From the NCBI GenBank assembly GCA_964016885.1, contig OZ024760.1, positions 21,204,001 through 21,268,000 of the forward strand: a DNA stretch of 64,000 nucleotides, written 5' to 3'. The notes beneath the pieces are model-generated. The model did not search any database. It was not told where the DNA came from and worked only from the letters and a program-made list of their open reading frames with translations. The position numbers were made by a program, and so were the translations under genes. Positions 52,249 through 64,000 of this stretch are shown here, one piece after another; positions within the stretch are counted from its first letter, which is position 1; the number at the start of each line of letters is the position of its first letter. This stretch comes from Eledone cirrhosa (lineage: Eukaryota).

Positions 52249-53281
52249 AAACCATTCTATCTGACGTTCTAACGACTCTACCAAACCATTCTATCTGACA
52301 TTTTAACGACTCTACCAAACCATTCTATCTGACATTTTAACGACTCTACCAAACCATTCTATCTGACGTTCTAACGACTCTACCAAACCATTCTATCTGA
52401 CATTTTAACGACTCTACCAAACCATTCTATCTGACATTTTAACGACTCTACCAAACCATTCTATCTGACGTTCTAACGACTCTACCAAACCATTCTATCT
52501 GACATTTTAACGACTCTACCAAACCATTCTATCTGACATTTTAACGACTCTACCAAACCATTCTATCTGACATTTTAACGACTCTACCAAACCATTCTAT
52601 CTGACATTTTAACGACTCTACCAAACCATTCTATCTGACGTTCTAACGACTCTACCAAACCATTCTATCTGACGTTCTAACGACTCTACCAAAACATTCT
52701 ATCTGACGTTCTAACGACTCTACCAAACCATTCTATCTGACGTTCTAACAACTCTACCAAACCAGTCTATCTGACGTTCTAGCGACTCTACCAAACCATT
52801 CTATCTGACGTTCTAACGACTCTACCAAACCATTCTATCTGACGTTCTAACAACTCTACCAAACCATTCTATCTGACGTTCTAACGACTCTACCAAAACA
52901 TTCTATCTGACGTTCTAACAACTCTACAAAACCATTCTATCTGACGTTCTAACGACTCTACCAAAACATTCTATCTGACGTTCTAACAACTCTACAAAAC
53001 CATTCTATCTGACGTTCTAACGATTCTACCAAACCATTCTATCTGACGTTCTAACAACTCTACCAAGCCATTCTATCTGACGTTCTAACGACTCTACCAA
53101 ACCATTCTATCTGACGTTCTAACGACTCTACCAAACCATTCTATCTGACGTTCTAACGACTCTACCAAGCCATTCTATCTGACGTTCTAACGACTCTACC
53201 AAAACATTCTATCTGACGTTCTAACAACTCTACCAAACCATTCTATCTGACGTTCTAACGACTCTGCCAATTCGCCGCCTC
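52249..53281 (-). repeat. 34-bp tandem array (about 30 copies) of the SINE 5' head
   Basis: Unit on minus tggtagagtcgttagaacgtcagatagaatggtt, lying between the SINE start (53281) and its box B (about 52211-52222). Confidence 0.93.
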
Positions 53282-53683
53282 CGCTGCTATAATAAAGACT
53301 CATTAACTAATATCAAGATATTTATGCATTCCTCGGTATAATTCGACATTTTCACTTTAAATGTTTGGTTTTCATTGAAGAATATTTTTTATTTAACAAA
53401 TTTAAATAAATTAAAATAATGTTTACAATAAAATAAACAAATAATAAAAATAGGAGTGGTGAAGGGAGGAGCATAATCTCAATATCAGCGGCTACTCGCG
53501 AACAAGATGGTGAAAGGTTTGTCGTGGAGAATAGTCACCGACACCTGCTTTATCAGCCACTCTACCTCTCGGGGTCCCTTCCTCGGGCATGATGTACTCC
53601 TTCCAAGTTGGTAGAAGAAAACAGCAGCTCGGGAACGAAAGTCACTATAAGCTTGATGTTCCTTAGAGACACTCACTATAAGC

Positions 53684-54335
53684 TTGATGTTCCTTGATGT
53701 TCCAATTACAGACCTTGCCTTCGAGTCAATATTCCAATGGAAGATGGTTGGCCTTGAGCAGCTGCTGAAGAATATTGAAATTATCGAACCCCATCAAGGT
53801 TTCTTCATACTCAGGAACTACCTGTCTATTCCTAAGCTTCTGTATCTGCTCAGGGTCAGCCCCTCTCATAGATTTCCGTCCTGCCTCCAACGCTTCGACG
53901 ACCTAATCCTCGAGAGACTCGAGTGCCTGGTCAATGTTAGACTCTCTCCAGAGTCCCGCGATCAGGCTGCGTTGTCCAAGCGATTTGGGAGTAGTCTTGG
54001 TCTTCGTAGGTGTTCGTCCCTCTCTCTCCCCTGCTTCCTTTCCTCCACCCACGCTTGCTCCACCCTGGTGAGCAGCATCCTCTCCTCTCCAACATGGACT
54101 AGTTCCAACAGGGAGTTGGGTGAAGCTCTCCAGCAATGGAGTGAGTTGGGCTTGTCTCTTCCTGAGAAGGTGGAGGACAGTCGAAGTCAGAGAGCTTGGA
54201 CAGCCTAAGTTCGAAGGCCACCTTCGACTCCCTCTTCGTCCAGTCGGATCAGTTTGCAAGGTGCCGCTTACTATCTGCCAGCGCCAAATACTCAGGTGAC
54301 TGGGTTAGAGAGGCTTCCCAGTACTCTCCGCGACG
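53684..54335 (+). mobile_element. CRE-like non-LTR retrotransposon fragment (post-RT/thumb region)
   Basis: Translates HQGFFILRNYLSIPKLLYLLRVSP...QAAL...LGLR...LPCFLSS...SQRAW...RLLSAS...SGDW with frameshifts. Confidence 0.72.
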
Positions 54336-54562
54336 TTGCTGTCTTTTGCTCTGGTGGTGGCTCGGTTGTTCACCCCTTCCTTTATATTTTCTTTAATATT
54401 GCAACATTAAAGGAATATATGCTTCTAAGAGAATCGCGAGCAATTTATAATGTTATTCAAGCATTTGAAATGTTATTTATGTATATATTTAAAACATATT
54501 TCCTATGTTATTCTACTGTAAATTTATTTATATGCTTTGTATATATTATTTTCTTTAAAAAA

Positions 54563-54752
54563 TGGTGGATTAGCAGTATCGGTAGAGGGTTGGACGCCAT
54601 GCTTTGACGTATAGAGTTACGGCCCTTGCCATTCTGAGTTCAAATCCCGTCGAGGTTAGCTTTGCCTTTCATCCTTACGGGGTCGATAAAATAAAGTACT
54701 AGTAATGCACTGGGGTATTTACTGGCCTTGTGCCTAAAGTAGAAACAATTAT
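54563..54752 (+). mobile_element. Full-length tRNA-derived SINE
   Basis: Box A, box B, tail and TSD attattttct. Confidence 0.87.
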
Positions 54753-55514
54753 TTTCTAAAAAAAAACTACATCTAAAGTAAGTATAAAAAAAAATTTATT
54801 ATTATCATTAATATTTTTCTTTTTTTTCGCGTTGAAAAAACAAATTCTGTAAGAAATCTAAATACTTTAAACAAAAATCCAATCTTTGATATTAAATTCT
54901 TTGCTTTAACGGTCAGACTCTTGCATTGTCGAAGAAATTTTCGTAGGAATTATTTTGAATGGAGAAACTTTTTGATTGGATAATAAAAGTTAAGTGCGCA
55001 TGTGTGTATGTATTTCTTTGTGTGTGTGTGTGTGTGTATTTGCATGTGCGTGTTAATATATATATATATATATATAATCAGTCTGTTTTTGTCTATATGT
55101 ATAAATAATTGAGTGTGTATTTTATTTGTGTATCTCTATATGTCTGTGTGTGTCTGTATGTATGTAAATATTTGAATGTGTGAATGTGTGTGTGTGTGTA
55201 TGGACATAATTCTCTGTTTAGTATTTATATATGTATATGTGAATGTCTTCTGTATTTTTGTAATATATGTGTATGGTTGTGATAATATGTACGTGGGTAT
55301 CTCTACGTCTATAAATGCTTGTATCTGTGTGTGTGTGTGTGTGTGTATATATATGTGTGTGTGTGTATATATATATATGTATGTGTGTGTGTGTGTGTGT
55401 GAGTGCACTTAATTTTTCTGTGAGTCATTGGTTAAGAAATAGAAACAAAAAAACGGGTTATTCCATCTGGTCATGGACTCCACCAAGCCGCCGCCAAGTT
55501 AGTAGTGTATGAGT

Positions 55515-55574
<60 letters not shown>

Positions 55575-55714
55575 TAAAAAAAAAACGGGTTATTCCATCT
55601 GTGTATGAGGATATATATATTTATATATATATATATATATATATGTACTCGTACACAGATGGAATAACCCGTTTTTTGTTTGTTGTTTCTGTTTCTTATA
55701 TATATATATATATT

Positions 55715-55775
<61 letters not shown>

Positions 55776-56295
55776 TGAGAGAGTCATATACACATATATA
55801 TAATTACATACACACACACACACACACAGTGCCCCTCCGCCCACGCAACAGCTATCGTCCTGTCCTTTTACCGTTTATTAGAGATGTCTTCATCCACATA
55901 TCAGACTAGGAAGGAAGGGGAAAAGCAGGTTTAATAAGTGAGTAAAGCAGTGTGTCGGTTGTTATGGTAACTAACGGTAGCTCTTGCATTTTTTAATGCG
56001 AAAAAAAAAAGAAGCTTAACGTGTATTTTTAGTCAGCTAGGGACGTCCTCTCCACTCCCAGCCTACTCCATACATATATATAATATATATATTATATATA
56101 TATAATATATATATATAATATATATATATAATATATATATAATATATATATAATATATATATAATATATATATATAATATATATATATAATATATATATA
56201 ATATATATATAATATATATATAATATATATATATAATATATATATAATATATATATATAATATATATATAATATATATATAATATATATATATAT

Positions 56296-56524
56296 AACGA
56301 AGGAATTGTGGTAAGGAACCAAATGGACCATAACGCACCAGAGTACTCGATACTTAGGGTAGTAGAGTGGGAAATAGGAAAAAAGTATGACCCCGACGGC
56401 AGAGCTCAAGCCGTTTCGACGGCTATTTCTTGACTAAATTAGAATTTAGTCCAGGAAAATTCTAATTTAGTCCAGAAATAGCCGTCGAAACGGCTTGAGC
56501 TCTGTCGTCGGGGTCATACTTTTT

Positions 56525-56577
<53 letters not shown>

Positions 56578-56769
56578 CAAAGGAATTGTGGTAAGGAACC
56601 AAATGGACCATAACGCACCAGAGTACTCAATACTTAGGGTAGTAGAGTGGGAAATAGGAAAAAGTATGACCCCGACGGCAGAGCTCAAGCCGTTTCGACG
56701 GCTATTTCTGGAGTCCAGAAATAGCCGTCGAAACGGCTTGAGCTCTGCCGTCGGGGTCATACTTTTTCC

Positions 56770-56770
<1 letters not shown>
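56296..56770 (-). mobile_element. Two tandem fold-back family P1 copies separated by (TA)n
   Basis: Copies at 56296-56528 and 56576-56770 share their arms but have different palindrome centres. Confidence 0.75.
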
Positions 56771-56810
<40 letters not shown>

Positions 56811-57348
56811 ACGTGTGTGTGTGTGTGTCTGATGGTAGTTAAGATGCTTCCATAGGCGGTATGCCGGTTGAGCACTCTATGCTCTTACAGAGCAGAGTAT
56901 GATAGAACCGGAATACGAATTCATTGGGTCCCAATTACACCATTAAGCTGGCCCGTCCCCGGAGGCTATTCTAATTCGAAATAATTCTAAAGCGAAACAA
57001 TAAGCAAACATATCATCGTATATTTTTTTTTAAAACGGAGGATTCACCATATTGTAGTGTCTTGCCATGCACCAATGTTGTGCTTTTCTCAGACCCGCGA
57101 AGACTAGACTTTTTTAGAGGCGGCTTTTGCTCGTCTGTCGTGGTCACATCACTGGGTTCTGGGAGTTTTCTTTGGAGCTGTGTAACCCATTGCACCATAT
57201 CCCCTAGTAGCTTACTGCTATTGGACTGTGTTATTCGTCCAGCAGGTGCCTGCTTATATCGCATCTGACTATCATATCTGGTGGCCGTATCGATATCCGC
57301 CACCCGCAACCCTTTCGCTAGCAGAAAAGCTCTGCTGAGAATTCTTAT

Positions 57349-57458
57349 GCTTACAGCACCTAGGTTTCCCAATCGGTCACCCATCTAAGTCCTAACCAAG
57401 CTTGACACAGCTTAACTTCGGTAACCGGACGAAGACCGCTGTTTTTAGCGTGTTAGGG
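57349..57458 (-). pseudogene. 5S rRNA-derived sequence (pseudogene or SINE head)
   Basis: cacgctaaaaacagcggtcttcgtccggttaccgaagttaagctgtgtcaagcttggttaggacttagatgggtgaccgattgggaaacctaggtgctgtaagc is colinear with animal 5S rRNA (box A agttaagc, box C gatgggtgacc). The first ~10 nt are not 5S-like and no oligo-T terminator follows directly. Confidence 0.85.
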
Positions 57459-57573
57459 AGACCTAGTGGTAGACCCCCAAGCAGAAATGTTTGAGGACTC
57501 TGCTCCCACAATCCTCCCAGGAATAAGTGGGCGAAGAACATTGAAAAATAGAGGGACGGAGGGAGTAGTGCCA

Positions 57574-58083
57574 GGATGAAAGGCAAAGTTAACCTCGGCA
57601 GGATTTGAACTCAGATCATAAAGGGCCGTAAATCTATGCTGAAAAGCATGGCGTCCGACCCTCTACCGATACTGCCAATTCACCGCCTATAATAAGTGTT
57701 TCTACTTTTGGCACAAGGCCAGCAAATATCCCAGTGTATTACTGGTACTTTATTTTATCGACCCCGTAAGGATAAAAGGCAAAGTTAACCTCGGCGGGAT
57801 TTGAACTCAGATCATAAAGGGCAGTAAATCTATGCTGGAAAGCATGGCGTCCGACCCTCTACCGATACTGCCAATTACCCGCCTATAATAAGTGTTTCTA
57901 CTTTCGGCACAAGGCCAGCAAATATCTCAGTGTATTACTGGTACTTTATTTTATCGACCCCGTAAGGATGAAAGGCAAAGTTAACCTCGGCGGGATTTGA
58001 ACTCAGATCATAAAGGGCAGTAAATCTATGCTGGAAAGCATGGCGTCCGACCCTCTACCGATACTGCCAATTCACCGCCTATA
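57574..58083 (-). mobile_element. Head-to-tail array of 3 SINE copies (196-bp period)
   Basis: Repeated junction ccgcctataataagtgtttctac. Confidence 0.88.
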
Positions 58084-58294
58084 ATAAGGTTAGGGAATTC
58101 TAAATGAAAGTTCGCAGTCGACCGTTGATTCTGACGTGTTCCGTCCAGAATGTTCTTTTGTGGCTGATGGTGGTGGTGTCGGTAGTAGGGGAAGTGGGGC
58201 TGGTGGAGTTGAGGAGGCGAGAAGGAAGCAAAGAGATGCAAGAACGGCCTATTTTCTTGGAGAGATAACTTTTAAGGTTTTTTTTTGCCTCTGG

Positions 58295-60895
58295 CACCAC
58301 CATTTCCATCACCACCACCTCCACCTCCATCAACAACAACTCTATCTTCACTACTATCACCACCACTCTCTTTATTACTATCACCAGATCACCCCCATCA
58401 CATCACTATTGTCACCACCACCACCACCACCACCACTACTAACACCGCCATTTCCATCACCACCCCACCTCCATCACATCACTACCACCAATATCACTCT
58501 CTCTTTATTACTATCACCACCTCAACCCCCTTCACATCATTGCCACCACCAATGCCGTCTTTATTATTATTATCCCTAACTCACCCCGCCCTCACCCCCA
58601 TCACATTACAGCTATCATAAACACACACTCCTCCATCACCACTATCACCCCCACTACCACCACTATCACCATCCCCACCACTACAACTATTGTTTTTACT
58701 GTTCCCAATTACCACTGCCACCACTACCACCCCACCACACTACCATTACCACCATCACTATCACCATCACCAATACTACCATCCCTACCACCACTATCAC
58801 CATCACCAATACTACCACTACCACCACCACCCACCACACTACCATTACGACCATCACTATCACCATCACCAATACTACCAAAAATCTCCACCACCACCAC
58901 CAACACTACCACCCCACCACATAACCACTATCACCACCACTACCACCACCACCCCACTACCACTACCACCAACACTACCACCCTACCACACTACCACTAC
59001 CACCAATACCACCACGCCACCACACTACCACCACCACCAACACTACCACCCCACCACATAACCACTATCACCACCACTACCACCACCACCCCACTACCAC
59101 TACCACCAATACCACCACGCCACCACACTACCACTACCACCACCACTACCACCACCACCCCACTACCACTACCACCAACACTACCACCCTACCACACTAC
59201 CACTACCACCACCATTATCACCCCCACCCCCACTACCACTACCACCAATACCACCACGCCACCACACTACCACTACCACCACCACACTACCACCACCACT
59301 ATCACCACCACTACCACCACCACCCCACTACCACTACCACCAATACTACCACCCCCACCCCACCACACTACCACTACCACCACCACTACCACTACCACCA
59401 ATACTACCACCACCACACTACCACTACCACTACCACCAATACAACCACGCCACCACACTACCACTACCACCACCACTACCCCCCCCCCCCCCACTACCAC
59501 TACCACTAATACTACCACTACCACCACACCACACTACCACTACCACCACCACTACCACTACCACCAATACTACCACCACCACCCCACCACACTACCACTA
59601 CCACTACCACTACCACCAATACAACCACGCCACCACACTACCACTACCACCACCACTACCCCCCCACTACCACTACCACTAATACTACCACTACCACCCC
59701 ACCACACTACCACTACCACTACCACTACCACCAATACAACCACGCCACCACACTACCACTACCACCCCCACTACCCCCCCCCCCACTACCACTACCACTA
59801 ATACTACCACTACCACCACACCACACTACCACTACCACCACCACTATCACCACCACCAATACTACCATCAGCTCCACCTGGCAATTCACATTATGTGATT
59901 CATTTAATGTTATCATCGTCATTGTCACCACCACCACCACCATCATCATTGTCACCACCACCACCACCACCACCACCATCATCACCATCATCATTGTCAT
60001 CACCATCACCGCCATCGTCATCAACCACGTCACCGTCGTCATCATAATTATCACTATAATTTTCATCGGTTTTATAATTATCATCACCACCGCCACCACC
60101 ATCACCACCATCACCACCATCACCACCACCACCACCATCACCACCACCACCACCACCATCACCACCGCCGCCACCACCATCACCACCACCACCACCACCA
60201 TCACCACCGCCACCACCATCACCACCACCACCGCCACCACCATCACCACCACCACCACCACCGCCGCCACCACCATCACCACCACCACCACCACCATCAC
60301 CACCGCCACCACCATCACCACCACCACCGCCACCACCGCCACCACCATCACCACCATCACCACCGTCACCACCATCACCACCACCACTGCCATCACCACC
60401 ACCACCACCACCGCCATCACCACCACCACCACCATCACCACCATCACCACCATCACCACCATCACCACCACCACCGCCACCGCCATCACCATCACCGCCA
60501 TCACCACCGCCACCGCCATCACCACCGCCACCGCCACCACCACCATCACCACCGCCACCACCACCACCACCACCACCATCACCACCATCACCACCATCAC
60601 CACCATCACCGCCATCACCACCGCCACCACCGCCACCGCCATCACCACCACCACCGCCACCGCCATCACCACCACCATCACCACCACCATCACCACCACC
60701 ACCGCCACCGCCATCACCACCACCATTAATGTCACTCTAACAATTCCCATTATCCCAATTACCACCACCACAATCATAATCATCAGCATTACCAACAGCC
60801 CCACCACCATCATCACCATCATCACTTACACCACAACCACAGCCACCACCAACACCAACAACAACAACAACATCATCATCATCATCATCAACAGC
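58295..60895. repeat. (ACC/ACT/ATC)n low-complexity tract, about 2.6 kb
   Basis: Visible directly; source of the poly-Val and poly-Thr ORFs. Confidence 0.95.
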
Positions 60896-61014
60896 ATGGA
60901 CAACGTTGTCATCAAACATATATAAGCTTTAAACTTCTGGCGATACTAAAAACTGAATATGCTTAGCGAGACAAGAAAGATAACCTTACGTATCTTGCGA
61001 TACAACAAACTGTA

Positions 61015-61192
61015 TCAGTGGAGACTTCTGGTGTCCTCGACCCCCCCCAGGGCTACCTCCTCCATACTCACCACCATAGGCGCTGAGCTGGCCAGCCGCA
61101 GGTGTGAGCCCCGCGAGTTGGAGTGGCTTTTCCAGCGCGTCTTCCTTGCCGCCCCCTCCGTGGGAACGTCTTCTCCATCCTGTCCGCCGGGG

Positions 61193-61195
<3 letters not shown>
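61015..61195 (+). mobile_element. CRE-like retrotransposon C-terminal RLE remnant
   Basis: Translates VETSGVL, ILTTIGAELASRRCEPRELEWLFQRVFLA and LRGN across frameshifts, followed by (TG)n. Confidence 0.62.
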
Positions 61196-61236
<41 letters not shown>

Positions 61237-61514
61237 AGGGGGGGGGGGGGGAGTATCGCGTAACATTCCATATTTAGGTATCCAGATTAATGAGTTTTTT
61301 ATGGCATGTAATCGGCCGATAGCTCTTCGTCATGTGAATAGATTAAATATATTAGTTATGACATATTTAATTATTTATATTTATCCATACACGAAGATGA
61401 TATAGTTTACATCATAGGTGTACCAGAAAAGACATATATAGCAATACAAAAAATAAACTTAGCTTTAATATTTTCCGATACAAAAGCTTATATATACGAG
61501 TACCTAGTGTTATA

Positions 61515-62090
61515 AAAACTTATATATACATATTAATACAAAACCTTATATATACATATTAATACCAAACCTTATATATACATATTAATACCAAACCTTA
61601 TATATACATATTAATACAAAACCTTATATATACATATTAATACAAAACCTTATATATACATATTAATACCAAACCTTATATATACATATTAATACCAAAC
61701 CTTATATATACATATTAATACCAAACCTTATATATACCTAGTGGTTCAAAAACTTCTATATACCTATCAATACAAAACTTTAAACACCTAGCGATACAAA
61801 CAACTTTAAACACCTAGCGATACAAACAACTTTAAACACCTAGCGATACAAACAACTTTAAACACCTAGCGATACAAACAACTTTAAACACCTAGCGATA
61901 CAATACCTAGTTAAACACCTAGCGATACAAACAACTTTAAACACCTAGCGATACAATACCTAGTTAAACGCCTAGCGATACAAACAACTTTAAACACCTA
62001 GCGATACAAAACAACTTTAAACACCTAGCGATACGATACCTAGTTAAACACCTAGCGATACAAACAACTTTAAACACCTAGCGATACAAT
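61515..62090. repeat. Adjacent approximately 29-bp and 26-bp minisatellites
   Basis: aaaccttatatatacatattaatac(c/a)a at 61515-61737 and tttaaacacctagcgatacaaacaac at 61775-62090. Confidence 0.9.
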
Positions 62091-62797
62091 ATAAAAATAC
62101 TTTGCGATGCAAAGAACTTGAAATACCTGCCGAGGATAAAAAATTATAATAATCTTGGTTCTAATTTAAGCACAACAAAGGCCAGTCATCAATGTTTGGG
62201 GGTAGAGGAAATCGATTTAATTGACTTCACTGGTACTTCATTTTATCGATCCTGGGCGGTTGAGAGGCAAAGTTGACCTCGGTGGGATTTGAACTGACAA
62301 CATAAGGAATTGGAACAAATATTTCAAATATTTTGACCGAGGAACTGTCGACCATACTAATTCACTACCGTCATAAGTATGTTTCTATAAAGATTGTTTC
62401 TACTTTTGGCATGAGGTCTGCAATTTGAAGGGAAGGGGGAAAAGTCGATTATCTCGATCCCCAGTGCGTTACTGGTACTTTATTTTATTGACCCCCGAAA
62501 GGATGAAAGGCAAAAGTAACTTCGGCAGGATTTGAAATCAGAATGTAAAGGACTATGTTGGCCGACGCTCCACCGATGCTGCCAATCTACCGCCCTCAAT
62601 AGATATTTCATAATGATAAAATATTTCCTTTATTCAACAATAACCAAACAAAAGGCCATAGCCCACATAGGACTAATCAGGACACCCACTCCTTATTAAA
62701 AACCTCAACGGCCCCGCTCAACACAAAGGTAAACCACCTTTCCTTGCCACCACTCTGCAAACATCCAAATACTCTTTCATTATTTGCCACGGTATAA

Positions 62798-63168
62798 GGC
62801 GGTGGGTTGGCACTATCGGTAGAGGGTCGGACGCCATAGTAGGGTGGTGGGTTGGCAGTATCGGCAGAGGGTCGGACGCCATGCTAGGGTGGTGGGTTGG
62901 CAGTATCGTTAGAGGGTCGGACGCCATGGTAGGGTGGTGGGTTGGCAGTATCGGCAGAGGGTCGGACGCCATGCTAGGGTGGTGGGTTGGCAGTATCGGT
63001 AGAGGGTCGGACGCCATGCTTTGACGCAAAGAGTTACGGCCCTTTCCATTCTGAGTTCAAATCCCGCCGAGGTTAACTTTGCCTTTCATCCTTACGGGGT
63101 CGATAAAATAAAGTACCAGTAATACACTGGGATAATTGCTGGTCTTGTGCCAAAAGTAGAAATAAATA
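62798..63168 (+). mobile_element. tRNA-derived SINE with its 5' head tandemly repeated five times
   Basis: About 45-bp unit ggtgggttggcagtatcggtagagggtcggacgccatg repeated x5; the whole element is flanked by the TSD tatttgccacggt. Confidence 0.9.
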
Positions 63169-63769
63169 TTTGCCACGGTGCTGTGACGAAGAAGAAGAAG
63201 AAGAAGAAGAAGAAGAAGCAGGATGAATGAGAAGGGGGAGAAGAAGAAGAAAGAGAAGGAGGAAGGAAGGAAATGAATAAGAAGGGGAATAACCTTTGAT
63301 AATTTGCAATAAAATAAATAAAAAACCGTAAATTTGGCAGCTCTAAAGTACTATATCTATTATATATATACACATATATGTACGTATACATAAATATGTA
63401 CATATATATATGTATTAAAATAATTATATATATATATATTTATATGTATATCGGTCAATGTGTGTAGGCTTTAAGTTTTAGGGTGTGTCAAATCTCACGC
63501 AATACTTATAGATGTAACTCCCCAGTGTGTTATAAAAGAATGCGTCATCGAAAAATATATAAAAATATATGAAACAAAAACTCCACAGACTACTAGACAG
63601 TAATAACGATGTACCGATAGCCCTCCTCCTGATATACTTTCTATATTTAAACAATGGACACATCATAGCTCTTCATCCTATATAGGGCACATACAATATA
63701 TATACATATATATAAATTTTCGCTCTACATGACTGAATACAATAAATGTAATCTGAGTTTTCCGAATAT

Positions 63770-63917
63770 TAATAATAAATATTCGATTCGTTTGCAATTA
63801 TGCAACCAAGCCTCATTTTTAAAGCCAAGAGCAAGAATAAGGGGCTCATTCTACTGACATGGCTTTAAAAATTAGGCTTGTTTGCATTAATTGCAAACGA
63901 ATAGAATATTATTATTA
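63770..63917. repeat. Approximately 148-bp imperfect inverted repeat
   Basis: taataataaatattcgattcgtttgcaattatgcaaccaagcctcatttttaaagcca pairs with tggctttaaaaattaggcttgtttgcattaattgcaaacgaatagaatattattatta. Confidence 0.85.
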
Positions 63918-64000
63918 CGGTCTCAGTTCAAATCCCGCCGAGGTTAACTTTGCCTTTCATCCTTACGGATGGCCTTGTGCCAAAAGTAGAAACAATTATT

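Noticed and set aside
57349-57458. Functional 5S rRNA gene
   Set aside because: The 5' end cannot pair with the 3' end to form helix I, there are many substitutions, it is single copy here, and no terminator follows.
59725-60825. 366-aa poly-Val ORF (also 5581-6138)
   Set aside because: (ACC)n/(GGT)n microsatellite.

Overview
AT-rich, repeat-dense animal genomic DNA. The SINE families and (TA)n/(TATG)n microsatellites suggest an octopod cephalopod (inference). Nearly all listed long ORFs are microsatellite or minisatellite artefacts. One host gene can be reconstructed on the minus strand from six phase-compatible GT-AG coding exons (39454-39477, 23017-23323, 14638-14773, 8700-8994, 5419-5546, 4317-4391). 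It encodes a penta-EF-hand protein of the peflin/ALG-2 (PEF1/PDCD6) type with an unusually long (~250 aa) Gly/Ser/Tyr/Arg-rich N-terminus; its last exons were not found and probably lie left of the window. The rest of the window is decayed transposons (Penelope-like, RTE, R4/Dong-like, CRE-like, CR1/L2, Helitron, Tc1/mariner and hAT MITEs), many tRNA-derived SINEs, a 5S rRNA-derived sequence and many tandem arrays. The most notable non-coding signal is a set of hammerhead-ribozyme motifs from about six short TA-inserted families. Several copies are fold-back palindromes, including back-to-back hammerheads on both strands and a U3-A8 core variant.
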